Source: an uncultured bacterium (lineage in GTDB: Bacteria > Fidelibacterota > UBA2242 > JAFGTP01). From it: a stretch of DNA of 64,000 nt. The position numbers and the translations under genes are program-made. The notes beneath the pieces are model-generated. The model saw nothing but the letters and a program-made list of their open reading frames with translations. It ran no database searches and was not told the origin of the DNA. Shown here in pieces: positions 18,483 to 29,332 of the stretch. Where the stretch lies: assembly GCA_964640055.1 (NCBI GenBank), contig CAZXFH010000001.1:6744-70743 (forward strand). Direction: 5' to 3'. Position 1 is the first letter of the stretch. Every line of letters begins with the position of its first letter.

Positions 18483-19070
18483 CTAACTCTGATATAATTT
18501 ATTTATATAAATATAGCGTTCCACCGCTTGAGGTACTAAAAACCGGATCGATAAACCCGCATTTAAATATTGCCTGATCAAACTGGAAGATATTCCTATC
18601 AGCGGGGCTTGAATAAATTCTACTTCACGCAGGAAATCGGGGCTCACTTTATCCTCAGAGAATCCAGGACGACGTAGCACTACCACTCGGGCGGAGCGTA
18701 ATATTTCAAAGGGGGCTTTCCAGCGATCAAATTCGACAAGACTATCACTGCCAATTAAAAACAGTAGCTCTTCCCGGCTCAGATTATTCTTCTTGCGATA
18801 TTCTTGAATGGTATCCAGGGAATAAGATCTCCCTTTGCGCTGCTTTTCAAGGGTGGATATTTTAAATTCTGGATAATCATTAATCGCAATCTTTAACATT
18901 TCCAAACGTTGGGAAAAGGGTAAAAAACTGTCCCTGGGTTTATGAGGCGGATTCGCCGCAAGTACGAAATATGTCTCATCTACTGCAAATTGATTCAACG
19001 CCGCCTGGGCCATAATAAGATGTCCCAGATGAGGTGGATCGAAAGTGCCCCCAAATAAACAGATACTCAA
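18483..19070 (-). CDS. nadD: nicotinate-nucleotide adenylyltransferase
   Basis: LFGGTFDPPHLGHL (H/T)xGH motif. About 195 aa. Confidence 0.85.
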   Translation of the reverse strand: MSICLFGGTFDPPHLGHLIMAQAALNQFAVDETYFVLAANPPHKPRDSFLPFSQRLEMLKIAINDYPEFKISTLEKQRKGRSYSLDTIQEYRKKNNLSREELLFLIGSDSLVEFDRWKAPFEILRSARVVVLRRPGFSEDKVSPDFLREVEFIQAPLIGISSSLIRQYLNAGLSIRFLVPQAVERYIYINKLYQS

Positions 19071-19885
19071 AATCTTCTTCTACTCTCTTCCTGCTCTTTC
19101 TCGATCTCTTGCAATTCATTTTGATAGGTGGCAGCCAAATTCTGCAAGGCTTTTTCCCGATCTGCTTGTTTAGTGTCTATCTCAATTTCCGCTAGCAATT
19201 CCTGGTATTTATCAAATTCACGCAGCTGTATCAGACAATAAGCCTTACCCAGTTTCGCATCCAAAGCCCATTTAGTATCGTAATAACTGGTCAACATTTC
19301 ATCGAAGTAAATAATTGCGGCCCGCCAACGCCTCATTTTTTTGTACAGGTGTCCGCTTTCATATAATTTGCGACCTAATTTAGTACGCAAGGCTTCAATA
19401 TGCTTCTCAGCCGCATCAATGTATTCACTACCTGGATATGTATCAATAAAATCCTGCAGGTAGCGTAATGCTCTATGGGTATATTCTTGTTCCAATTGGT
19501 ATTTCGGTGACAATTTTACATAACTGAGTGCAATTTTATATTCCGCTTTTTCTACCAAAGGACTATAAGCATATCTTCGTGTTAAGGTCTCATATTCAGA
19601 TATTGCCAGGAGATAATCCTTTTTATTAAAATGACATTCACCCATATAATACTGGGCATCATCCGCAATATCACTTCCCGGCCGATTTAAAATCACCAAT
19701 TCAAATTTATCCAGTGCTTTGATCCATTTTTTCTTCTCAAAGGCCTGTTTTCCTGCTTCGAAAAAGACTGTATAATCCTGGCCTTCACTTACAGCCTTTT
19801 TATTACCAGCACATCCGGTAAAGAGTCCTAATAAAAAAATGATACTTAATGTTCTTAGATCAGCTTTTATCTCATTTAATTGCAT
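19067..19885 (-). CDS. TPR lipoprotein, BamD/YfiO-like
   Basis: Lipobox LFTGCAG and several TPR-like helices. 4-nt overlap with nadD. Confidence 0.5.
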   Translation of the reverse strand: MQLNEIKADLRTLSIIFLLGLFTGCAGNKKAVSEGQDYTVFFEAGKQAFEKKKWIKALDKFELVILNRPGSDIADDAQYYMGECHFNKKDYLLAISEYETLTRRYAYSPLVEKAEYKIALSYVKLSPKYQLEQEYTHRALRYLQDFIDTYPGSEYIDAAEKHIEALRTKLGRKLYESGHLYKKMRRWRAAIIYFDEMLTSYYDTKWALDAKLGKAYCLIQLREFDKYQELLAEIEIDTKQADREKALQNLAATYQNELQEIEKEQEESRRRF

Positions 19886-19957
19886 ACCTTTTTCCGTCTA
19901 ACCTATGAAAATCTTTAATGTTACAAACCTGTTCCTCATTTGTGGACAACAAACCGA

Positions 19958-20905
19958 TTAAAATTGAAGCGATAAATTAACCCCTCGAATCATGGCTTCC
20001 CGACGGTATCCCGGAATTAAGGAAAGCTGCCAGCTCAATTTTTCCGGTTTTTCAGAATCATATCGCTTAGCGGTCAACTGGGCATGTAACGCGCTGAATA
20101 AATGGTTAAACATGACGACAGTAATAAATTTGGTCGCTGATTTAAGGGCTGTATTGGAATCTTTTCTCTGGGTTAAATAATTATCCCGGTGATCACTGAC
20201 CGTAAGGGTAGTATCATTAGGATTATTGAAATCAAAGAAATCATCCCAACCACAGGCAAATTGATGATATTTCCCGATATTTTCATAATAATCCCGGGAC
20301 CGGACCGGTGTCAAACTACCGCCCCCTAGGGAATCACTTAAAAAAGACTCAACTGCATTGCTGCCAAAGACGCCTTTTTCCTGGGTCACCCGCTTTTTAA
20401 AGTCCTCATTTAGCAGAATATTATAATATTCATCATTGACTTGCCAACTAAGATATATATGATGCCCTTCTACCCCACAATATTCATGTGTATCCATCCA
20501 TTCTAAATAATCCTCTAAGCGCCAATGTTCATTCGCAAATTCCTTATATTCGTCCTCTAATTCCTCACCCCGGGTTTTGCGGTTATACCAACCATACCAA
20601 CCCAGCGCTTCGATACTAAAAAATCCCAGGGCACGCCATTTAGCACCAGTATATAATTCTCCAGCGCCGGGTACCAACGCCGATAGCAAAAAGGCTCTTC
20701 CCGGTGATTTTTCCCATGTAAACTGATTGGTATCTTCTTTAGCCATGGTTTCATCAAAAGCATGACCATATTTCAGAGGTAATAGCAAGCTTTTGGCATC
20801 ATTCAAAGACCGGGTGCCTGAAAGTGCGCCATCCTGTCCGCAAAGCATCACGGGTATTACTAAAAATAAAGCGATCAGTACCACCATAAAATGTTTAGAT
20901 GTCAT
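19958..20905 (-). CDS. secreted hypothetical protein
   Basis: Start moved to MTSKHFMVVLIALFLVIPVMLC (signal peptide), preceded by an AGGGAGG Shine-Dalgarno. Trp/Tyr/acidic-rich with no recognisable domain. Confidence 0.5.
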   Translation of the reverse strand: MTSKHFMVVLIALFLVIPVMLCGQDGALSGTRSLNDAKSLLLPLKYGHAFDETMAKEDTNQFTWEKSPGRAFLLSALVPGAGELYTGAKWRALGFFSIEALGWYGWYNRKTRGEELEDEYKEFANEHWRLEDYLEWMDTHEYCGVEGHHIYLSWQVNDEYYNILLNEDFKKRVTQEKGVFGSNAVESFLSDSLGGGSLTPVRSRDYYENIGKYHQFACGWDDFFDFNNPNDTTLTVSDHRDNYLTQRKDSNTALKSATKFITVVMFNHLFSALHAQLTAKRYDSEKPEKLSWQLSLIPGYRREAMIRGVNLSLQF

Positions 20906-20919
20906 CTTTATGTCCTCCC

Positions 20920-23900
20920 TTATAAACCAAATAATATGGTCAAATAGGTTCTCCATTCTTTACCATAGATATTGATTTTATCCTGTCGGTCAATAACTTC
21001 AAATTGATCCAGTCCATAAACCAGATCAAAGCTAATACTTGTGGGATAGGCATAAAAGGAAAAACCGCTCAGACGCAGTTGCAAACCAACATCCCGTTTA
21101 AAACTATCCACGATATACTGAGATACTCCCAAAGGATCAGCCGTAAATACCTGCCAATCCAACCCGGGATAAGCACCCACCTGACTCCAGGCATTGCCGG
21201 CCTCAAAATAGGTACCAACGAAAGCATTCTGCAGATCAAACATAAGCAAGTCAATATTTTTTTCAACAAATAAAGGCCAGCGTAAGGTGTAGTGCAAACT
21301 AAGCAGATTACGCCCCTCGATACTGTAAAATGGATATCCCCTTAACCCGGGTAATCCGCCGGCAAAAAAATTGAAAAAGGAATCGATATCATACTTGGAA
21401 ATCCAGCCCATACGCCACTTGAAATTACCCACCAGATTCTTAAGCACCGGGTATTTATGATGCCAGATACCTTCATGCTCGATTTTCCAGTAGTAATTTT
21501 TACGAAAGACCTCCTTTAAGGTGCCAAAATCCTCATGTATCCCGAATTCCTTTAAAAATTTATCATAATTCCGGGATACCAGCGTATTCAATTCTGTTCC
21601 GTTATTTGGATTTGTTTGTTGGTTAACAGTAGCCAAGATTTTCTCGCGTTTCCAATATAATCGAAAATTCAAACCTTTGTAATAATTATAGGTAAACCCA
21701 TTGGAATAGATTTTCTGCGAGGGAATTTTTTCAGTTAAGCTCGTCCGGTAATTGGCATAGCACGCATCGAATCTTAACTGGTTCAAATTGGTCAGAGGCC
21801 GAGAAATCCCAAAGATAGCTTCTGTCAGGCGAAAGGTATAATCCATTTCAATGGGATACTCATTATATGTTGTTTGCTGATCAAAAATACCACGACTCAT
21901 ATTATAAAATTCTAAAAATAAGGTCGGGTCCCACTGATGATACTCCAGCAGCAGGAAGAGGTCATGATCCTTCTGCATATTGATCGCCGCCCCGCCAAAA
22001 ATATTAAAGCGCTTGATAACTTCGCTGGAATAGAAATAAAACCCGGGTTTCAGTTTTCCGTAATCAAGCATTAAGCGTGGTAAAATAAAAAATTTCGAGA
22101 ATTGATCGTGGTACTGGACCGAATGAGAACTATCCAAGTTAGAACATTCCGCCCGCGCCGGTATCTGTTCCGAATATTGCGGTTTATAACCGGCCAGCGC
22201 CTTTGGCTGTGATTGTGCGGCTTGCATCATGTTGATCTGATATGCTCCCTTATCATAGAGCGAATATAATATTTCACCCTGCTGATTAACAGAAGGCATA
22301 AAAGCCCCGCCGGTCACATTGGTCAGCAACTCGGTTTTACCGGTGGCAAGTGATTTCCGATAAATATTAAAAATTCCCGTACTGTCACTGGCATAATAGA
22401 GCCACTCACCCTGAGGTCCAAAATAGGGATTGCGTTCATCATGGAGGGCATTCAGAAAGGCAGACAAATGTTGATCCTCAAGACTTAAAAGGAGAATATC
22501 CCGGCCATGATTGGTCATATAATCAAAGGCAATCCGCTCTCCGTCCGGCGACCAGCTGGCCGAAAATATTTGTTCACCACTGGTGAAATCGGTCAATAAG
22601 GAATCCTGCTGTGAGTTCAGGTTTCTGACAACCAGATTGGAAGTACCATCCTGGCCGGTGATATAAGCGATCTTTTCGCCATCCGGTGATAACTCAGGAT
22701 GGTAGGACCGTTTGAAGTGGGTAATCTGCTTTTCTTGGAGATCTTCCAGACCATAGCGATATATATCATAAAAAACCGATCCATGGCGGTCAGGCTTGCT
22801 TTTACGGGAGTAATAGATGTATCGACCGTCCGGAGCAACTGTTACTCTGGACTTAACTCGGGGATGGATCAACTTTTCACACTCCGTCTTAATATTATAA
22901 GCATATAGGGCAGTTTGTGAAAAATAATCACGGCCTTTATTGGAAAGATAGTAGATTATGGAATCCTGGCTCCATTGCGGATAAATTTGGGTGGTACCGC
23001 CAGTCAGCAGAGTTTTACCGCTATAAGGATGCCGCTCTATATTCGCGACCATCTCAAAATAATTTTCTTCCAAATGAGATTTCCAATCCTGATAGACCTT
23101 ATCACCGGGTATTCCGGTTACTTTTTGGAGAGCACTCTCAACTGAAAATTGTAATGGATTGGATAGGACATTTAACAGCCGCGGCAACACATTTTCGCCA
23201 TGGGTACGATATAAATAGCGGGTAAAGGCCAGGCCTTGATTATATACGGATTCATTGCCAATGCCCCGTTTGCCAAAAGTTCCCATGTGATCCAGAGATA
23301 ATAAATTATCGTGGAGCACCCGGTCTCGCAGGATCATATCACGGTGGGAATCCCACAAATCATGCGTCGAACCCGGGTATTGAAATTGAGCCACACCTTC
23401 AGCCAGCCACATAGGAATGACCAATCCCGGAAAGGGATAGGATACAATGACCCGCGGATATCCATAAACCACATCATCCCTTTTCTCATCTTCATAATCA
23501 ATGACCTGGAAATAAGCGGCTGGAAAATTACGCGGATATTTCATGGCCTTCTGCAATGTCACAATATGGCTGAATTCATGGGCGATCACATCCCAAAGCC
23601 AATTGTGATTTCCACGTAACAGAAAATCCAGCGGAGTTGCCCAAATATCAATTTTATTATCGTAATAGTAGGCTGCTCCATTGGAGATGTCATCAGTATC
23701 CCAGATGATCAGATCGGTTTTCTCATCGGGCTGATACTGAAAAAATTCAGTAATAGGCTGGTAGACACTTTCAGCGATACGGGCACTGGTCTGGGCGGTC
23801 CATTCAGCCCCTTTATGATAGTGAATCTCAAAATGAGGGGTTTCAATTGTCTGCCACTTTAATTCGGGATGATTATACCGGGCCTGTCCACTGACCTGGT

Positions 23901-23952
23901 AGAGTGTGAGCATTACACCTATAATTAATTTAATCCATCGCCGGAAATCCAT
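20920..23952 (-). CDS. secreted zinc metallopeptidase-like protein with TolB-type (PD40) beta-propeller repeats and a large C-terminal domain
   Basis: Signal peptide, HEXXH (VIAHEFSHIV) and repeated SPDGEKIAY / WSPDGERIAFD / YASDSTGIFNIY blades. 1010 aa. Confidence 0.55.
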   Translation of the reverse strand: MDFRRWIKLIIGVMLTLYQVSGQARYNHPELKWQTIETPHFEIHYHKGAEWTAQTSARIAESVYQPITEFFQYQPDEKTDLIIWDTDDISNGAAYYYDNKIDIWATPLDFLLRGNHNWLWDVIAHEFSHIVTLQKAMKYPRNFPAAYFQVIDYEDEKRDDVVYGYPRVIVSYPFPGLVIPMWLAEGVAQFQYPGSTHDLWDSHRDMILRDRVLHDNLLSLDHMGTFGKRGIGNESVYNQGLAFTRYLYRTHGENVLPRLLNVLSNPLQFSVESALQKVTGIPGDKVYQDWKSHLEENYFEMVANIERHPYSGKTLLTGGTTQIYPQWSQDSIIYYLSNKGRDYFSQTALYAYNIKTECEKLIHPRVKSRVTVAPDGRYIYYSRKSKPDRHGSVFYDIYRYGLEDLQEKQITHFKRSYHPELSPDGEKIAYITGQDGTSNLVVRNLNSQQDSLLTDFTSGEQIFSASWSPDGERIAFDYMTNHGRDILLLSLEDQHLSAFLNALHDERNPYFGPQGEWLYYASDSTGIFNIYRKSLATGKTELLTNVTGGAFMPSVNQQGEILYSLYDKGAYQINMMQAAQSQPKALAGYKPQYSEQIPARAECSNLDSSHSVQYHDQFSKFFILPRLMLDYGKLKPGFYFYSSEVIKRFNIFGGAAINMQKDHDLFLLLEYHQWDPTLFLEFYNMSRGIFDQQTTYNEYPIEMDYTFRLTEAIFGISRPLTNLNQLRFDACYANYRTSLTEKIPSQKIYSNGFTYNYYKGLNFRLYWKREKILATVNQQTNPNNGTELNTLVSRNYDKFLKEFGIHEDFGTLKEVFRKNYYWKIEHEGIWHHKYPVLKNLVGNFKWRMGWISKYDIDSFFNFFAGGLPGLRGYPFYSIEGRNLLSLHYTLRWPLFVEKNIDLLMFDLQNAFVGTYFEAGNAWSQVGAYPGLDWQVFTADPLGVSQYIVDSFKRDVGLQLRLSGFSFYAYPTSISFDLVYGLDQFEVIDRQDKINIYGKEWRTYLTILFGL

Positions 23953-23969
23953 ATAATGAAATATATATC

Positions 23970-26900
23970 CTATTTAATAACCATTATCTTGACTATTTTG
24001 CTCTCTTCCTGCCCCCCCCTTTGTGCCCTGACCACAGCAAAATATACTCCGCTGGAGGCCGAGGAAACCCGCCATGCCCTTTCATTATAATCATTCACCA
24101 AAGGTTGATTATCCCGAAAGCTGGTTATAAAATCGCCGGCGATATCATAAATTTCAATCGTTATGGCACACGCTTTATTGGGGAAATAACGAATACGTGT
24201 AATATTATCACCTTTAACCGGATTGGGCCAGTTATAGATTTTCTTCTTGTTTAATAGGGGTACATTGCTCACTGGCACCATTGCTGATAATACTGGGTAG
24301 TGAAAAGTCCGTTTTCCACTGCCGCCGAAACACTGCCAGTTATTGTCTGATAAAGATTCCTCACTTATTTTAATGCCCCGGATATTCCCCTGTTTATCTG
24401 AACTAATATATAGCAGTCCCAGCGAATCATTGAGTAGCGTAGCAGATCTTTCACCCGCCGCTGCCATCGGCCTCGGAAAAGAGGATAATAAGTTCCCCTG
24501 GCCATCATAGGCCACCACTCCCAGGGGATCTATACCGGCAATAATATCCAGGATTCCATCACTACTGATGTCACTGGTGACCAGATTAAGGTTAAATCTT
24601 CCGGTATAATAATTAGGAATTTTAATTGGAAAATTTTCTTCCACTACCAAATTTTCATTCAAAGCTGATATTTTATCTTGCTCGGCAATCAGAATTTCAA
24701 CGCGGCCGTCACCATCAATATCTGATAATATCTTTTTAAAACAAGGTGTTGCCAGCTGATATGATTTTATATTTGCATGATCGGTCCCTGTATCTGTAAT
24801 CAGATACAAAGTTCGACCACTACTAAGTAAGGCATCTCGATCCGAATTGGCATTGATATAACCGGTGACAAGATCAGTGCAACTTGTATCCGGCAGATCA
24901 ACTTTTTCCAATATTTCAAAAGGGTTCAATCTAATCTGTAAAAGATATCCACCCGCTTGAGTTGCATATAATTCTCCTGCCGCAAAAGCAATATTGTTCA
25001 GTTCAGCGGTTAAGTCATAATAGCTAATATCTCCGGTTACGAGATTATATTCCACCAGTTCATAGCTGTTTTCAGTGCGGTGCTTGCCAGCAAAAATAAT
25101 ATTACTCCCTGAGAAGACCGGATTACTGGTTATTTCAATATCCGTCAATACCAGACTATCCAAAAATTCAATATCATAGCTATCTAGAATTTCCCAATAA
25201 AAAAGCCTACCGTCACCATTGTGACCTTTATTCAAAACAGCTAGATATTGGGTTTGTTCATGAGTAGTAAAAACAGGAACTGCTTCCTGATATATTCCGG
25301 GATAAGGTGCCGATTTTTGTAAGCTACCGTCACTTCGATAAACATAAATACTATCTCCGATGATCACAAATTCAGAAAAAGCATCTTGTACGTCGACATC
25401 AATAGGTAATGGTAAATACTGTGTTGTGAGCGTCGTACTAATCGGATAGCCATCCATGGCAAAATTGCGCTGAATACGAAAGTTCATTATCTGACCTGCC
25501 GCACCGATACTATCAATAGCAATACCTGAATAAGCCCCATCATTAGTTCGGGAGGAGGGATGCGTATAATCATTGAAACCCACTCGGTCTTCGGAATTTT
25601 CAGGATAATCAGGATTCAAATCCCAGAAACCCTCATTCCCGGCAAACCAGGGATCAAAAAACCAACCGATATCCACATTAGCGCCAAATATTTGTGAGGT
25701 ATAGCCAATATCCTGGGCGCCATCCCCTTCTTCCAGGTCTACGCCTCGTATTTCCCGTTCTCTATTGACCCGATTAGTTGCTAGACCGGCCTCAATTATG
25801 GCATCATCAATATGCCATATTAATAAGCCAGAACCGGGAAGGCCAACATCATAGCGAGGGACCGATAATAGAACGCCGCTGCGTTCGGAAAAAACCGCCC
25901 CGATAGAATCTTTGATAAGCGGGATAACAGAAGGCCATTCCTGTTTGTTGTTCTCTTCATAAATACGGTATTGAATACTATCCAGCGTTACGCCCGGTCG
26001 TACAAAACTATACCGATTTTCCACAAGAAAATATTCCTGCATATTAATAGGTACTCGCCACATTAGCGTATCAGAATTTGCTTCGGCATGCTTCAAACAC
26101 AGCTCTTGACTGCTATGTGCCTCATGAGGTTCGACCCAGCCCATATAAGTGCGGGACCAAGCACAAGGTAAGGCCGGAATTAATCCGTTCAAATTCGAAG
26201 AGCCCTGGTCCATCAACCCAAATTTTCCGATACCGGAAGCCCCTGTCTCAGTATCAAAAAGGGCCGGAAGACCGAGATAAAAGCCCATCATTAAAGCAAA
26301 GGTACCATTTAATCCGATCTGATAATCACAGGGATTCTCTACCTCACCAAAGACTTCCTGCCAGTTATCATAATATAGATGATTTTGTGTCTCTGGCAGT
26401 ATGATACCATCAGTGATATGATGAGTGGCATCTTCAACTGGAATCCCACTAAAAGGGATCTCATTTGAGTATACCAAACTTAAATCCTGCTGATTCAAAT
26501 AAGCAGATGGTATATCCCGGGGAGTCGGATCTAGGGTAATATTAAAATCCTGACCAACTCCCGCATGAAATATTACCACAACGTCATAAAGGGAAAAATC
26601 CACAGACTCATCGGCAGTCACTACCGCATCCCGGAACAATTCTGCAAGGCGAATATCTACCGAATCCTCTTTTAAGAATGGATGATAATAGGCCATTCGG
26701 TTGGGCAAGCGAAAGGCCGCGGTATCATTCTGTGGATATACCGCTGAATTAAGGGTATCAATTACCAGTTTTCCGCGGGATACGTGATAGTAATAATTTG
26801 ACAGGGCTTTAATATGGTCCCTAAAATAGGTCTTGTCATGGGGTGGCGGATCGACTTGCATAGATTCGCAAGCCTCGGGGAAAGATTGTTCCTCTAGTAA

Positions 26901-27110
26901 AAATCCACCTGTTCCGGTAGTGGCGGCATTGACATCCGGTAAAAATGAGACCCGTATGGCACAAATTTTAATATTATTATCCGTAATTTTCTGATTACTT
27001 TTGTTCGAGCTAAAAACCGATGATAGCAGAGGTAGGACCGGTTGACTTTTACCCCAAAGAGATGTAGCAATTAAGATTATAGATGTAATATAAGAATATT
27101 TTTTTATCAT
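23970..27110 (-). CDS. large secreted protein with FG-GAP/VCBS-like repeats and a C-terminal T9SS sorting domain
   Basis: Signal peptide. DIDGDGRVEILIA and SDISSDGILDIIAG repeats. The C-terminal ...GVYFAVVRAQRGGQEESKIVKIMVIK is typical of a type-IX secretion CTD. Confidence 0.6.
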   Translation of the reverse strand: MIKKYSYITSIILIATSLWGKSQPVLPLLSSVFSSNKSNQKITDNNIKICAIRVSFLPDVNAATTGTGGFLLEEQSFPEACESMQVDPPPHDKTYFRDHIKALSNYYYHVSRGKLVIDTLNSAVYPQNDTAAFRLPNRMAYYHPFLKEDSVDIRLAELFRDAVVTADESVDFSLYDVVVIFHAGVGQDFNITLDPTPRDIPSAYLNQQDLSLVYSNEIPFSGIPVEDATHHITDGIILPETQNHLYYDNWQEVFGEVENPCDYQIGLNGTFALMMGFYLGLPALFDTETGASGIGKFGLMDQGSSNLNGLIPALPCAWSRTYMGWVEPHEAHSSQELCLKHAEANSDTLMWRVPINMQEYFLVENRYSFVRPGVTLDSIQYRIYEENNKQEWPSVIPLIKDSIGAVFSERSGVLLSVPRYDVGLPGSGLLIWHIDDAIIEAGLATNRVNREREIRGVDLEEGDGAQDIGYTSQIFGANVDIGWFFDPWFAGNEGFWDLNPDYPENSEDRVGFNDYTHPSSRTNDGAYSGIAIDSIGAAGQIMNFRIQRNFAMDGYPISTTLTTQYLPLPIDVDVQDAFSEFVIIGDSIYVYRSDGSLQKSAPYPGIYQEAVPVFTTHEQTQYLAVLNKGHNGDGRLFYWEILDSYDIEFLDSLVLTDIEITSNPVFSGSNIIFAGKHRTENSYELVEYNLVTGDISYYDLTAELNNIAFAAGELYATQAGGYLLQIRLNPFEILEKVDLPDTSCTDLVTGYINANSDRDALLSSGRTLYLITDTGTDHANIKSYQLATPCFKKILSDIDGDGRVEILIAEQDKISALNENLVVEENFPIKIPNYYTGRFNLNLVTSDISSDGILDIIAGIDPLGVVAYDGQGNLLSSFPRPMAAAGERSATLLNDSLGLLYISSDKQGNIRGIKISEESLSDNNWQCFGGSGKRTFHYPVLSAMVPVSNVPLLNKKKIYNWPNPVKGDNITRIRYFPNKACAITIEIYDIAGDFITSFRDNQPLVNDYNERAWRVSSASSGVYFAVVRAQRGGQEESKIVKIMVIK

Positions 27111-27168
27111 AATCCCTAAAGTATCTGGAGAATTAGAATTACTTGATAGGAGGGAATATAATGGTCAC

Positions 27169-28437
27169 TTAAAATTTTAGATTCAAAGAAAAATGCATCG
27201 TGTTGGCGCGCGGGTGCCCCGCATCACCGGAAGTATATCCGAAATCAAAACCCATTCCGGCATATCTCAAGCCTGCACCAAAAGTTGGTACGGGCCACTT
27301 ATTGTTCATTAATATTTTGCCTGGTTTATCATAAAGGAAGCCAACCCGGATAGCAAATAAATTGGAGTACCAATACTCAATTCCGAAATTATGCACCAAT
27401 TTTTCCAATTCCTTCCCCAGTGAACCATCTGCTAGATCTCCATCACTATCCGCTAGTTCTCCCCATTTGTTTTTACCATCACCACGATCTTTTCCCACCC
27501 CATCCTCATTGGATACTTTGGCATCGTATAGTAAGAACCAGTCATCTACCCAGGAGGTAAAAATTCCCTTATACCAGGGGTCGGAATGGGCGAATTCGTG
27601 CTGTCCATTTTCATTATATTCACCGCCGGGCATCGGATTACCACTTTCATCATAGCCGCCGATGCGGGCATCTCCATCGATATCCCGGTCAGGATAAGAG
27701 GCTACCATCAATTTATTCACATCATAGGCGATCGTTATCCGGTTATATTTTCCACCTATTTCATATTTAAATCCCAATTTTAAGTTAGTCGGCATGGGAT
27801 CGGCTTGTGCCACATCAATAAAAGCGATCTTGGGACCAATATTTGAAATGGAAGCACCTAAAGTGAGATTTCTCAGCAGAAATTCTCTTTTTAAATACCC
27901 CAGATCAAAAGCGAAATTGGTCGACTGTCCTTTACCTTTCTCTGCTCCGGCTAAAATGTCTGTGAGATGCTGATGCACCATTTTGACATTCATCCCAAAT
28001 GCAGTGGTCCGGCTTAAACGTGTGCCGTAAGAAGCCGTGGCTGCCATCATATAAGAAGTAAACTCACCCAGCGGATTCCCGCGTTCATCCATAGCCAGTT
28101 GCGTTCCTAAATTCATAATCACTATATTGCCACCGATTGAACCGACGTTTCTTACATAATGGCGATAGGCAATAAAATCGTAATAAAGATCAGAGGCTAA
28201 ATTAGGGAGCCAATTGGTATGCATAACGGATATCTCTCGTCCCTGTAAGAAACCTAGTCCGGCTGCATTATAATAGGTGGCATAGGCATCATTGGAAATG
28301 GCCGCACCAGTTTCACCCATACCGGTAGCCCGTGCGCCTGGATTTATCAATAACCAGATTGCGCCCGCTTCACTTTGCGCGCATAGAACCATGGGTAAAA
28401 CCAAGATTATAAATATTAGGCCAAAATATTTTTTCAT
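27169..28437 (-). CDS. outer-membrane beta-barrel protein (possible PorV/PorP-like T9SS accessory protein)
   Basis: Start at MKKYFGLIFIILVLPMVLCAQ after an AGGAGG Shine-Dalgarno. Alternating amphipathic strands. Ends in ...NLKF (C-terminal Phe). Confidence 0.45.
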   Translation of the reverse strand: MKKYFGLIFIILVLPMVLCAQSEAGAIWLLINPGARATGMGETGAAISNDAYATYYNAAGLGFLQGREISVMHTNWLPNLASDLYYDFIAYRHYVRNVGSIGGNIVIMNLGTQLAMDERGNPLGEFTSYMMAATASYGTRLSRTTAFGMNVKMVHQHLTDILAGAEKGKGQSTNFAFDLGYLKREFLLRNLTLGASISNIGPKIAFIDVAQADPMPTNLKLGFKYEIGGKYNRITIAYDVNKLMVASYPDRDIDGDARIGGYDESGNPMPGGEYNENGQHEFAHSDPWYKGIFTSWVDDWFLLYDAKVSNEDGVGKDRGDGKNKWGELADSDGDLADGSLGKELEKLVHNFGIEYWYSNLFAIRVGFLYDKPGKILMNNKWPVPTFGAGLRYAGMGFDFGYTSGDAGHPRANTMHFSLNLKF

Positions 28438-28611
28438 TCTTTTCCTCCTTGGAATAAAAAACCGAACCTCCGGTCGCATTCGGCTTGCTAAGTATCTGTT
28501 TTATAATAGGTTATATTATTAAATTATTCGGCTATCAAATTCTCGATAGGCACTTCCTCATTTTGGCGGTAAATTAAAAGAAAATCCTTCGATAAACAAG
28601 ATATTCATGGA

Positions 28612-28777
28612 ATTAAAATTGCTCAGCCTCATCAATTAGCATGATGGGAATATCATCCTTGATCTGATATTTGAGCCGACAGGCATGACAAATTAATTTC
28701 TTATTTTGATGATCATATTCTAATTCACCCTTACATTTCGGGCAAACTAAAATCTCAAGTAATTCTTTTGAAACCAT
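28612..28777 (-). CDS. Trm112/YcaR-family small zinc-ribbon protein (54 aa; not in the supplied ORF track)
   Basis: Translation MVSKELLEILVCPKCKGELEYDHQNKKLICHACRLKYQIKDDIPIMLIDEAEQF matches the Trm112 LLEILVCP.CKG...C..C...Y.I.D.IP.ML pattern. Confidence 0.6.
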
Positions 28778-28878
28778 TGACTTCCCTTAACATCTCTGTT
28801 TAACCCAGTCTATTTAAAACATCTTTTATTCGAAAGTTCCCAGTTGAAACCTAAACCTGATTACCGAAAACCGGTGCC

Positions 28879-29325
28879 TTATGACAGTCGGTTAATCTGA
28901 TCCCTGAATTCATTCAGATCTTTAAACTTTTTATAAACTGACGCAAAGCGTATATAAGCAACCTCATCTAAATTCTTGAGATGCCTCATCACCAATTCAC
29001 CAATTGTGCTGGAAGGGATCTCCGCGCCTGAATTCTCTTCAATTTCTTTTTCAATATCCATGATCACAGATTCAATTCGCTCCGAAGCCACCGGGCGTTT
29101 ATTGCAGGCGATTTTAATACTGTGCTTTAATTTTGAGCGGTCAAATTCTTCCCGACTACCGTCATTCTTAATCACTACCAGAGGAAATTCCACAATATGT
29201 TCATAGGTTGTAAACCGATGTTTACAATCAATACATTCCCTTCTCCTTCGAATAGCAGAACCGTTTTGTGCAGCCCGGGAATCAATCACTTTTGTTTCTG
29301 TAGAGGTGCAATAAGGGCACTTCAT
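28879..29325 (-). CDS. nrdR: transcriptional repressor NrdR
   Basis: MKCPYCTSTETKVIDSR zinc ribbon plus an ATP-cone. 148 aa. Confidence 0.85.
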   Translation of the reverse strand: MKCPYCTSTETKVIDSRAAQNGSAIRRRRECIDCKHRFTTYEHIVEFPLVVIKNDGSREEFDRSKLKHSIKIACNKRPVASERIESVIMDIEKEIEENSGAEIPSSTIGELVMRHLKNLDEVAYIRFASVYKKFKDLNEFRDQINRLS

Positions 29326-29332
29326 AACCTAC

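Noticed and set aside
28455-28483. Possible minus-strand hairpin plus T-run just upstream of the PorV-like gene's Shine-Dalgarno.
   Set aside because: Only a 5-bp stem (CCGAA/TTCGG) with a 14-nt loop, too weak to call a terminator or attenuator.
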